Below are positions 24,553-36,800 of a stretch of DNA of 64,000 bases, in pieces. The DNA is from Macrostomum hystrix. Its lineage: Eukaryota > Animalia > Platyhelminthes. Position 1 is the stretch's first letter, and the number at the start of each line of letters is the position of its first letter. The position numbers and the translations under genes were made by a program. The DNA lies in assembly GCA_950097015.1 (NCBI GenBank), contig CATNEN010000001.1, positions 11,594,001 to 11,658,000 of the forward strand. The letters run 5' to 3'. Below the pieces are notes generated by a model. It was not told where the DNA came from. It was given only the letters and a program-made list of their open reading frames with translations, and did no database searches.

Positions 24553-25428
24553 TATAAGACTTAGAAATCTGAAAAGAACTCGAGAGAAAACTTTCGCATA
24601 GAGGTCAAGCAACTAAGAATAGATAGATTAGATAAATACTCGCCCTGAGTCTCCACCTTCATTTCAGCGCTACACGGCCCGGTCAAACGCAACCTGGTAT
24701 GGTCCGATAAGACACGGCCCGGCCTAATCTAGCCCAATCCGGCCCGACGTGGGTGCAACGTGACATGGACCCGCCCGGACTCACCCGGCCTGGAGCAGCC
24801 TGACGCGACCTGGCACGGCCATGCCTACAACATCGGTGCCTGCCGTAGCCCTATCTGGAGAGGAGACCTGGAAGAGGCCGGGACCGCCCAAGAAGACCTG
24901 GAGCCAGGAGTGACGGTGACAAACAAACACTAGATAAAGGGGACTTCATAGAAACGGGCAATCATCTAACTCAACTAACGCTTTTAGGCCTTTGACCCGC
25001 CCTCCATAGGACAGGGGTTGGCGTGCCTGCCAACCAAGTATTCTAATGTTATGTGCTGATTTGGAATCGGGGCTGCGACCCCACTCAACCCATCATCACC
25101 AAGAGCTCTGATAGATAAAGTTTTATCACCCTCCCAAGTGATTGATTTTCAAACAATATATAAATCGAATCGGAGCGCGGGAAAAAGGACCGCCGCTGAT
25201 TTTAGTTAGAGAGTCATCTCTACGTTCTATTAAGTTAGCAATTTAATATAAACTTACTGTGTTTGAGTTCTATCTTCATTGACTTCAGAGAGAGGAATCC
25301 GAGAGATCGATCAGCCTTAATACTGAGAACGATAGTCGTTAGGAAGTATAGCCTTCAAGACAAGAGGCTGCAACAGACCGCTAGACTACATAGACACGAG
25401 AGAGACGACAAAAACTTGAAGCGCTATA
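24553..25428 (+). repeat. 3' LTR (TATA...TATA) preceded by PPT AAAAGGGGGAT
   Basis: Terminal motifs as in the solo LTR; different U3 subfamily. Confidence 0.9.
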
Positions 25429-25759
25429 AACCACATGCCATATTGCTATAACCATTACATTTACAAGGCTATGATCATGTTATCATCCTGCGAGACCCAG
25501 AAATTTTATTAATCAACTGGGACCGCAAGGAGCATATTTTCTCATTAAAACTGATTATCAAGGAATAATATTTATGCTTTGTTAAAAGCCTCACTTCTGT
25601 CTAAATAAATTACAATTGAACTTCAGACGTCAACAATCGTAGATACGCAGTAACAACAAGTACGCCAGAGAGAAATTTAGGAGAACAGTTAGGAAAATAA
25701 GCTGAGGGATGCAGTAAACGTAAAGAAGAGCGACATGTCTTGGACACCCTTCCAGCAAA

Positions 25760-26089
25760 ATGGCCCACAACGATTACAACCGCCGCCCAGGACAAAAATT
25801 TGTGGATGTCGACATCCGGGGGCGGCCGGTTGTAAAGGCTGACGCGGCCACACAAGTGACCGGGGAGGAGATAGATGGCGGTTTGACGACCGCCACCTCG
25901 ACATCCGACCTCCAGGAACTGTACCTGGAGGACATGTATCCCACCTTAGAGATAAAGGGCTCGTGGGAAGCGGCGGGCGACTACCAGCCCGAGCCGACAC
26001 CACGACACCCGCCGTGGCCAGCTATCCAAACTATCCGGCGGATCTATCGGGAGGGATACCCAAAGCCGCCGGAGGATGGCGAATTTTAA
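25760..26089 (+). CDS. ORF110 family protein
   Basis: Intact 109-aa homolog. Confidence 0.85.
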   Translation: MAHNDYNRRPGQKFVDVDIRGRPVVKADAATQVTGEEIDGGLTTATSTSDLQELYLEDMYPTLEIKGSWEAAGDYQPEPTPRHPPWPAIQTIRRIYREGYPKPPEDGEF

Positions 26090-26323
26090 AGCGGCAACAT
26101 TATTTAATAACGGACATACTGACAACATATTATCCACTATTTACAACAATGCTTAAACAAATGAATTACACACTTACCCATTTAGCCTCTTAATCTAATC
26201 GTTTCAGATTTCACCGTCTTATATGTTTACATACCTACTAGCAGTAGACAAATTAGCAATTCAAGTAAGAAAATAGATTGCATTTCCCTTGACCAGTCAA
26301 GGATTTCTTCAAAAGGGGGATGA

Positions 26324-26898
26324 TATAAGACTTAGAAATCTGAAGGGAATTCAAGAGTTCGCGAGCAGAAAGCTAAAAGCTAAAAATAGCAACAGCAGAG
26401 AGGGCAAACAACCAAGGGGAGAGAGACTGGACAAAAACCCGCCCCGAAGTCACCTCATCATTCCATCTCAGGCCGGGTCGGCATGGCAACAGCGGTGCGG
26501 ACGTGGAACTGCCTGAGACCGGACCCGCAGCTGTACTGACGCGGCGCTGCCGGAATCAACCCGGCCTGTCCCTGTCTGCAGCTGCCGGCGTCGGCCCAGC
26601 CCAGCCCCCACTGGGAGCCGCCTGGGCCCGGCCGGGAACGAGAGCTGGAGGAGGACGGAACCGTACAAGAAAACGGGATCGATAAAAGGCGAGGGAATAA
26701 CGAACGGTGGGAGAGAAGTTTCAGTGGAAGTGGGAACACATCCTAACTCAACTAATGCGTTTTTAAGACGGTAACTCTCCCTCCATGGGAAAGGGGTTGG
26801 CGTGCCTGCCAACCAACTTGTTTAACGTTAATAACTGCACTAGGCTAGAGGCTGCGACCTCACTCAACACAAATCATCATGAGTACTGTTGCTACGGT
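26324..26898 (+). repeat. 3' LTR (TATA family), interrupted at 26898
   Basis: PPT plus TATAAGAC start; matches the 50573 LTR up to GTTGCTACGGT. Confidence 0.88.
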
Positions 26899-27745
26899 TA
26901 TAAGAGTTAGAAATAACATCGAAGATCGGGACTTAAAGAACTTTAAAACCAGATGATATAGAATAAGAAAAGGACAATGAAAGTAGAAAATACCGCAATT
27001 CACCAAATGCCAAAAGAGACGCTAAAAAAACTAACCCCCCAGCCAAGAACAATGGAGACCCACCCACAGGTCAAACCGGCGCCGGCCAAAACGAGTCTGA
27101 GCGGCACGCGGCCGAGGGCGAGGGTACAAGAGGAAAACGTGCTGGAGAAGAGGGGAGAAGACAAAGAAGGCGCATGACAACCGAGCGTGGCGGTCAGACA
27201 GAAAAGAGACGAGAAGGGAGAGATTAATCAATATTAAAAGTGAATAGAAATACCACCATCCCAACGCGATCTAACGCAACCAATGTAATAACCAGACCCT
27301 ACCTAAGAAAGGAGTTGTCTTGCATGGCAACCTACTAGATTAATAGAAAATATGTCAAATTCAGGGGCTGCGACCCAACATAACTCAAATCAAAGCAAGT
27401 GTACTGTAACTAACCACAACATTACCCATCCCACCCTCCTGGTGAGAGGTGGGGATATTTTGTCAATAAATATGAAACGCGGAGCGCCGCAGGAGCGCAA
27501 CCCGCCCCGACGATAGCTCATCAGTTTTAACGAATTATAAAAGTTATCTCAAAGATTAATTTACTTTGATTACGACGCTATCGGAGTAGAAGAGATAGAT
27601 AAAGTTAGGTAGATACGTAAGAACTCTCATTAGTGCGAGCCATTGGAGATCGAATCAGGTGTAGTAATATTTATAGAAGGAATCCGTGAATTTAACCTGA
27701 ATGCCGCTAGAACAAAAGATAAGATCACGGAGGATAAAGATTACA
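26899..27745 (+). repeat. 5' LTR (TATA...TACA) of a related gag-env element; PBS TGGTTCCCTG at 27748
   Basis: Starts TATAAGAGTTAGAAAT exactly where the host LTR breaks; shares GGCTGCGACC, GCGGAGCGC and CCGCTAGA motifs; 2-nt spacer then TGG. Confidence 0.75.
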
Positions 27746-29035
27746 AGTGGTTCCCTGGACCTCGGAGTCATCTGATCTACACTTCAACCCTGTCGACATC
27801 TCCAAGTATGGCCGAGTAACTCCACCGGCAGGAGGACAGGAACGCGGAAGAGCCAGGATGAGTGCAGAAATTTCCCCTTGACCTCTTTTGCTACGTACTT
27901 TACGATTGCAGTAGAATGCAGTCAACGCGCTATTATCCGGCAAAATGAAAAAAAAATTAAAAACTAAAAAAAGTGAGAACAAAAACATTAGCTTAGATAT
28001 ACTGTAAAAGTTGCGTGACGCATACAGTAAGCATTACGTGAAATTTCATGTGCATAAACTTTCGTAGTAATAAAGTTACTGGCAAGGAGGAAAATCACAT
28101 AGATCGCTAACAGCGACGCTAACACAGCTAACTATGGTGACGAGCCATGGGAAGCAGCAAAACGAGGAGCGCTACGAGGAATAACCTAATCAAAAAAGGC
28201 CTTAACACGCAAACTTAACATGCGAATGCCCAAGACAGGCAGCCATAACTCGCTAACAAACATCGCCAGCTCCAGCAAGGAGAGTGGAGGTGCTATTGAA
28301 ATATTCAATGGACTCAACTTTTTCAACAAACGCGCGCTATAATGGCTCGGCAGAAAGCCGGTCTTGCCGGGGAGGGCTTTGTGCCCTCGGTGCGCAGGTC
28401 AGGCAGGTGCGCGGGTCAGCGCGTCATTGCGGTATACGATGTAGTACAACTCTGACAACTAACCTGTGTGAATGCAGTGACTAACCTTTCCCGCTGAGTC
28501 CGGCTAAGCTCAGTGCGGAGCGGTCTAAGCACCCCGTTCATCGTAGCACAACAATGCCCTCGAGTAAACGAGTCACTAACACAATAAAAAGCAATAGCAA
28601 TGCTGTGCGCCAGCCAAGCGTAAAGGCTAAACAAGCACCGCAGCTTCTAACCAAAGCCCAGCACCGCAAACATGGACTCTATTAGAAAAAGGTAATATAT
28701 ATATTTTTTTTTTGCATGCACACTCGTACTTTGACCACAGAAATGAATATTGCTTCTGTAGAAAAAGTGCATGCTACGTACATGTAAAGAAGCGCGTGAA
28801 CCAAATCCCACACCGTTATTTCTGCACAGGCTTGGCTCGAAGCGAACCTAAACCCTCCCGCAACTTTTCTCTTACTTGAAATTTTATACAAACATTGTTG
28901 ATAGATAGATAGAAGGAAGTGCACAGCCAACGCGAATACGTGATTTAAAATTGATTGCTGTAAACAATTGCGCAAACAAATCGCACATATTTTTTGCGGC
29001 CGACCCCGCAAAGATTACAAACAAATCATAACTTT

Positions 29036-30922
29036 ATGAACATTGAAGCACCAGATTTGACAGGTGACAACCAACTGCAGCAACAGCAAGAACACCTCGA
29101 CAACCACCAGCAACCACAACCAGTCGACGAACACGACGACCAACAAAGCGACGACGACCAGGACATCCAACAACTCCTACAAGAGCATCCACAAGACCAA
29201 CAGCACGGTATGGAGCAGCAACTGCAACAACTACAAGAGCGCGTCAACCAGCTGACACAACAACTGAACGCGCAACATACAAGAGACATGCCAACAATTG
29301 TCCAGTCAATGAAGATCTCGATAGGCGACTACGAAATGGGAGGCCCGTTTGTTCAATGGCTTCGAGAGTTCGAACTGCAGACATCCACATACGGGATGAC
29401 GGACGAAGAAAAGTGTCGAATGCTACCTCTACTACTGAAGGCCAACGCAAGGAATCAATACGCCAACATACCAGAGGCGGTACGACTAGATTACCAACAG
29501 CTGAGAACGGAGCTAAGGACGCTATTCGACACGAGGATAACCGACAGACCAACGGCAGTTCTGCAACTGACAATGAGGAAAATGGTCCCAGGAGAGGACG
29601 TTAACAAATTCATCGCGGACATCACGTGGCTCGTGGAGAACGCAGTGTACCAGGAAGCGGCTCCGCACAATGAAGAGCCAGACGCGCGAACAGCCCGAAT
29701 GGCGCGGAATAAGCGCATCGTCCAAGATCATATCCTACTGCACGCCCAGCAGAACGCAACGCCTCCGCTGAGACGATACCTGGCCAATGGACGATACAAC
29801 AACGTCACAGAGTTGGTGCAGGAGGCACTGAAATGGCAGGCGCTCAAGGACATCGACGACGAGAATGGTGAGATGCGAAAAATGACAGCTATGATCGCAC
29901 AGATGGAGACAACGCTTAAGAACACCGAGGCACAACTACGCCAAACAACGGATAAAACAAAATGGCGATCAAACCAAAAAGAGCTGCAGCCGTCAACGCC
30001 AACCTGCCAGATATGCAACAAGAGAGGACACACAGCCGAGAGGTGTTACCAGCGACACAAGACCGGAAACGAGCGCCAAAAGCAACTAGCACAAGGAAGA
30101 CAGGAAGGTAATACCAACATCCAATGCGGGAATTGTGGAAAGAAAGGCAACAGCACCCAGCAATGCTACAAACAGCGATTTTGCGAGCACTGCCGGATGA
30201 CCAACCACAACACAGCCAACTGCGGTCACTTGAGGCGACAACAGCAACAGGGAGCTCAAGGAGGACCACCAAACAGGAAGCCGCCATATCGACCACCAAG
30301 GCAATTCAAACAAGTGGCGGAGATTACAGCAGAGGACGAACAGCCAGCGGCAGCAAGCATCATGGTCGTGACAGCGCAGCCAGAGACATCAGAGGCACCG
30401 AAGACACGGACCGAGATCATCGAAGCTAGACGGCGACAACGCAAAGCAGGAAAAGCAACGATAGCAGCGGTAGTAGTCCAGCAGCAGCGGAACAAGTACG
30501 CGGAGACGATCGGACAACAACCTAGAAGCCCTATACAGCGGTCAACGGAACTACCGCGAGGTCACCGCGCAAAGACCCAAGTTCCGAAATGGCTGCTACT
30601 AGCACTGACACTAGCCTGGCTCAGCACGACAGCAGGAGCGATAGTGCACACGAGCCACAGCAGCTACGTGGACACTCTACTCTACTGCCCGACACCAGCC
30701 AATCCGCAAGTGTTCAAGCTACCACCGGAAATACACTGCAAAATGCCAAGCAGCATCCAACAGCACCAGCAGCCAATCAACATCACAACCTACAAGCCCA
30801 ACCGAGTGACACACAGATCCAACCTGAAGATCTGCTACAGAGAGACCTACACGATCACAGGAAAGGCAAAGGTTTCGATCAACTCGAAGGTGGTGAGCCC
30901 AGAAATGACTGTTGCCATTTAA
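29036..30922 (+). pseudogene. Gag (3 CCHC-type knuckles) fused in frame to a signal peptide and glycoprotein N-terminus; truncated
   Basis: W...FE....YG..LPLLL..A; CQIC..GH...C; KWLLLALTLAWLSTTAGA; LYCPT...FKLP.EIHC..I.TYKPN..C aligns with the env start in 33821-41599. Confidence 0.85.
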
Positions 30923-30926
30923 CAAC

Positions 30927-31897
30927 TATAAGACTTAGAAATCTGAAGGGAATTTAAGTGAGCGTTAGTTGGTAACTAAAACTAAAAATAGCAACAGCAG
31001 AAAGAGCGAGCAACTGAAAGGAGAATGATTAGACAAAACCCGCCCTGAGATCAATTAATCATTTCAGCACAAACCCAGCGCGGCAGGGCAGCAGCGGTGC
31101 TGACGTGGAGCTGCCTGAGACCGGATCCGCGGCTGTGCTGACGTGGAGCTGCCTGAGACCGGACCCGAGGCTGTGCTGACGTGGAACCACCCGAGACCGG
31201 ACCTGCAGCTGCGCTGACGTGGAGCTGCTGGTATCAACCCGGCCTGTCCCGACCCACAGCTGCCTGCATCGACCCAACCCAGCCGAAACTGGAGCCGCCC
31301 GGACCTGTTCGGGAACGAGATCTGGAGGAGCCCGGGATCGCACAAGACGACGGGATCGATGAAAGGAGAGGGGATAACGAACAATAGGAAAGAGATCTCA
31401 GTATAGGGAGGAACGCATCCTAACTCAGCTAAGACATTTTAAGAATTTTACCCACCCTCCATAGGAGAGGGGTTGGCGTGCCTGCCAACCAAGTAGCACA
31501 ATGATTAATGACTGTAATAGACTAGAGGCTGCGACCTCAACCCGCATAAATTCTCTCGCCAGATGTTGCTACGGTATTGCCCCCGTCGGATCGAGGGGTT
31601 TTAAAGATAATATATATATCGGTGCGGAGCGCGGGAAAAGATCCGCCGCTCCACTTAGTTATAGACTCACTTCGAGTTCCGTTTAGATAAACTAGAAAAT
31701 CATTGTGTTTGCGTTCTTTCTTAAGTAGGATCAGCGATAACGATCCAGAGAGATCACTACGACCAGCCGAAATACTGAGCTTCGATAGTCGTTAGGAGTT
31801 ATAGCCTTCAAGACCTTTAGACTGCAATAAACCGCTAGACAAACTATAGGAAAACTACAAGTGAAGAAGAAGAGACATCAAAACTTGAAGCGCTATA
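30927..31897 (+). repeat. 5' LTR (TATA...TATA) followed by PBS TGGTTCCC (31900) and leader to ~32320
   Basis: Near-identical to the 14665 and 47043 LTRs; leader homologous to 27748-27870. Confidence 0.92.
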
Positions 31898-32322
31898 CGT
31901 GGTTCCCAGAACTACGAGTCAGCTATTAAGCAGTCTACACTTTTCAACCTGACGACATCGACCAGTAATGGCTGAGTAATTTCTGACGGTGGAGGAAGGA
32001 ACGCGGAAGGCCAGGATGAGTGCTGTCATACAATTGTTTCTTTACTAAGTATACTATACATCGTGTCGTAAGAGGACATGTGCGTTTCTCATTGAAAAAG
32101 CTCAAAAAAATGCGATAAAATTCTAAAAACAAGAAAAAAAGTAGAATAGTTATGTACAAAGTTACGGTATGATTTTCCTTAGTAGAGAAATATTTAGCGG
32201 CTGGTGAAGCAAATCACCAAGGCCCACATCAATAGCGAGGGGCTGCCAGGAAGTTGTTTAAATAGGACTATAGTCGAATTATTACAAAAGGTGTACTCAT
32301 TAACAGAATTAAGGCAGCGCTG

Positions 32323-33041
32323 TGTAGAGTGTAGAATTACGGTACTATTTATTTTTAACCAATAATGCGCTAACTGTTCTACTCATTTCGCTTAAGTAGT
32401 ATTTGTAGAAAAGCGAACCAAAAAGCATATAAGTACAGCATGTGATTCATTTCACCAAAAATGGAAAGCGAATCAATCAAAAAGTCATGTGATTACTATT
32501 AATAGTATCCAATCAATTTTTATGTCATAAGCAACCAGCGATCCCACCAATCATGTTACCCAAAATCAATCAAAAGGTCAAGAAAGCGATAATCCATCTT
32601 TTTGCGCTTGTACTAGTTTAGTTCTAAAAAAGTCTAACCTCTCAAGTTGTCAAGCGTTGACCCAAACTTTTTGACACTATTTTGACACCTGTACTTTAAA
32701 CGCACTCATAAAACCCGAGAGGGTCCGATTCTCTATAAATACAAGAAGCGAGCCCAGATTCACAGTCTCGCCGAGACGAGCAGAGTCTCGCAGAAAAGAG
32801 AAAACGGAGAGTCTGAAGTAGATTGGACTCCAGGTCCAAGACTTGTGGTACCTGAAAGACAACCAGAAGCCAAGCGCATCAAAGCACTCGAAGCCGGCCG
32901 CAAACAAACCAAGAGGACCAGAGAACCACAATACCAAAGAAGGTAAGAACTAAAACTTCTGCTAAATTAGTAGTAATTACTGGGGCACCCAGCAGTTGCT
33001 GGAAGTGATAAATTCCTAAAAGATAAACAAGGAAGTTATCA
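32323..33041 (+). repeat. 5' LTR (TG...CA) of element X; PBS TGGTGATCTCG at 33044
   Basis: TGTAGAG start confirmed by a PPT-preceded copy at 61093; TATAAATA near 32734; ends TTATCA + AT + TGG. Confidence 0.8.
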
Positions 33042-33199
33042 ATTGGTGATCTCGCCCTCTTGGCAACAGTTTACGAGAGCCCTGATCAAGCTATCGTAAA
33101 TTCAAGAGAGCCTTTTCACAGTAATTTTTGAGCAGTCTAAAACTTACGAGCGTATTTTTCGAACACATAAACTTTCGTTAAATTGTCTGAGTACATATA

Positions 33200-33300
33200 A
33201 TTGAGCACACTTTGAGCACACTTGAGCGCACTTTTGAGCACACGTTGAGCACACTTAAGCACACTTTGAGCACACTTTGAGCATACTTTGAGCATACGAC
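33200..33300 (+). repeat. TTGAGCACAC-type minisatellite in the leader
   Basis: About 8 imperfect 10-12 bp units. Confidence 0.85.
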
Positions 33301-33820
33301 TCAAATTAAAAGACACAACTTTCTGAGCAACGATTAAATTTCTCAACACACGACACACAACCTTGCTTTCTGCTCACATTTTTAGCGCAAGGTTACGTAC
33401 TAAATTGCGTAATTTGCTTACTAACTTGCTTAATTGCTCATTGTTTAATCAAATTACATTTGTTTAACTAAGTCACAAACATACACATCGACACACCGAA
33501 ATTAAATTTAAATCAAACCAAAACTAAATTGAAAACAAAACAAAAAACCGAAACCAAAAATAAAATAAAAATAAAAAAAGGTTAAGAAATCAAGCCACAA
33601 CAACAAAAGAAAGAAATATTTGTACAAAGAACAAAAGTACCGACAAGAAAAGAGAAGTTCAACAGGCGCGCAAAAGAACAAAGAAAAAGGAGAAATCAAA
33701 TCCATAAAGGTGCAAGTGATCCATCAAAAAAGAACCTAAGTTCAAAAAGAAGAAGTCACACTGGACGATCCTTTGAACATAGATCCTGATTTACACCTAC
33801 CGTTCTATCCAATCAATCAT

Positions 33821-36800
33821 ATGGCACGTCGAAATCCTACAGTGCACAGAGACATCAAAGAAACAGTCGGCAGCTACACAATGGATAAAGACTTTAACAC
33901 GTTTGTCGAACACTTTGAACTAGTGGCCAGAGAATATGGACTGCAGAACCCCGAGAAAGCGCAGCTGCTACCACCACTCCTGCAAGGGACAGCCAGAGAG
34001 ATTTATAGCAAACTTGATGCCGCTACACAGCAGAACTATGCAGCACTGATCAATCAATTACGAACGCAATTCAATAGGTGCGGGACAAATCGCTCGGTGT
34101 TGCTACACAAGCTACACAACCGAAGAATGCAACCTACTGAAACATTTTTGTCATTCGTGGATGATATTCGGCAACTAGTAAAGGCACTGCACCAGCCGCA
34201 AGCACCTCAAGAAGGTGATCAACCCATAGGAATAGCAGAACAGGCTGCACGAGAAAGACAACGGAGGATGGATACAGAACAAAGTCTTATCCTACACGTC
34301 ATAAATAACAGCAACGGATCACTAAAAGACAGGCTATTAAGAGAAAACATTGACACAGAAGAGGCGCTAATAAGATGTGGAATGCAATGGGAAGCCAGCG
34401 CACCGCTAATGACAACAAATAATACGGACATTCAGCAACTATCAAAACAATTGAACAAACTAATGCAGCAACAGACAGCAGCAATGGCAGTACAACAAGC
34501 TCCAACACGGCAAAGAAAGGAAAATATGACATGCTACTATTGTGGCAAGGCAGGACACTACCAAGCTGAATGCAGGACTAAGCAAAGAGACCAAGTAAGA
34601 AGGCGATACAATAACAGGTCCAGTGGAAATTGGCAGCACAGGCCGACCACACAGCCGCAAGGAAATCAAAGATATAACAATAACAAACCAGGAATGATCC
34701 GCAACAGCTTTAGACAAAATGACAGATATATTCCAAAACAGCCTACGCAAGCACCAAGACGTTACACCAATGTAATTCAAGAAGACGAAACACAGCAGAA
34801 AGAAGAGAGTTTCAGCATCAATGCATTGGAAATGGATTTCGGATTAGAAAAACGAGAACAAGAACCAAGTGAGAGCACGATAAATATGATAGAAGAAGTC
34901 GTCTCAACAAGTCGATATCAAAATACTGAAACAGAAAAAACGAAATTAAGTAACAAAAAAACTGACGCAAGAAATAAACCGCGATGTTTTTACTGCCATG
35001 ATTTTGGACACATCATAAAGCATTGTCGGAGAAAGAAAAATAATGACGACCAGTCAAACAACAAAAATTGCTACTTGATGAAGTCACAGAAGTGGTGGCA
35101 AGTAAAACAGCACACCTTGCAACAAAAACAGACCAGTCAAGAAATAGACACCAAAGAAATCAATAAAAAACGGCACAGCCTACAACAAAGGGAAGGAAGG
35201 AGAGAGATGGAAGATGACGCAACGAATGAACAACCGCCAAGAAGAGAAAAGCCACCAGAAAAAATTAAAACAAATGTGACATGCCGACCCATCTGGAAAA
35301 CGCAATTAACTATCTGGCTATTACTATGTGGACTACTAACAGTAGCAAAGACAACAAGTGTCAAACAAAAACCAATGATTTGTCCAACTGACGCACACAT
35401 TCAGCCGATGATATACAAAATTCCAACTGATGTAAAATGCAGCTACTTCAAGTCCAACCAAACAAAGCCGGTGCCAATAACAGTACAGCTATACAAAGCA
35501 AACATAAAAAAGCACCGTCAAACAGGGATTGTTTGTTTCCGTGACAGACACGAAGTTGAAAAATTGTGGCTAGTCCAATGGAATCGTCTACGTTTTTGGT
35601 CATACACAACCCCAGTCTCGAAGGAAGAATGCCTATTATGGAACCAAACGTTATATTCCAAGGATGGTCAACTACATCCAGACACTAAAGTTGGCGAAGC
35701 ACAGCTCTATCGGACAACAAATTCAGCAATTGGCCCGTACATTCACGTAACGGGATACAAAAGAATATATCATGCCACAAATAGCTACCTTATTCGGAAT
35801 GTTCCATTCGTGCATAATCCGTTTGAACAAATGGAATCATTGCAATTGCAACTGCAAAATTGCCAATATGGAAAAGGATACTGTGCAACGAAAATACTGA
35901 TCAACAACGAAATAGACAACCTACCGCTAGCACCCACATATCATCAGGATTATAGATGGCAAATTGAACACCGATCCGACTCAAAATACGTCACGTCGTA
36001 TCGGACACGACAATACTTCCTCGCTTGGGAAGTTCAACCAGACGGTGATTGCAAATACCAAAGCTATCACACGATGAAAGGCAACCTATTGTCCAATACC
36101 TTCGTATCCAACACTGGCGATTTAGCACTAACATTCGAGAGGAAAACCAAAGAAATCAAACTACAGTGCAAAAAGAAAAACACTTCGTTGTACGTTTCCG
36201 AACAAGAAGTTCCAATCGAAATCGCGGACAAGGACAAAGACACCTTCTTACAAATCATCAACGGAACATTCAAAGTCAATGATCGTACGAAAAGAGAGTT
36301 AGAACTACCATCACTGGTATCCAATCGACTGCTAGCAGCTAAGCTAACAGCACTGGATCACAATCTACACCAGCAGTTGAACTACTTACACAGATCACTC
36401 GTACAACTTACATGTCGCATGCATGAGACAAGCCTTAACTACGCAAGACAAAACTACTATGTTAACCCAACAATGACGTTCCGAAAAATCACTGGACTAA
36501 TGGATGTCTTGGCAATTCCTGTGCTCGGACACTTGCTGATCTACAAATGCACCCCGATCATACACTACAATATTTTACCGTCAAATACGTCAACCACTTG
36601 CTACGACAAGCCAAGGATTGAAGCATTTCACGGTGGAAAAAGAATTCAAGGATTTCTAGACACGGTTCAGAACATCATAGTAGGTACCGCAATCCCAAGA
36701 CCATGCATCAACACGGCGAATTACTTTAACTTGGAAGGTTCACTACATATCATAGGAGCTTCAGGCAACGCCACTAACGTTACGCAACCAGAAGTCATAA

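Noticed and set aside
24550-24556. LTR starting canonically at the TG of TGATATAAG
   Set aside because: Integrated left ends at 14665, 30927 and 61277 lack TGA, and the TSD fixes the start at TATA
27284-27745. Shorter LTR bounded by perfect TGTAAT...ATTACA
   Set aside because: The insertion breakpoint in the host LTR is at 26899, where a TATAAGAGTTAGAAAT start lies; not fully excluded without a second copy
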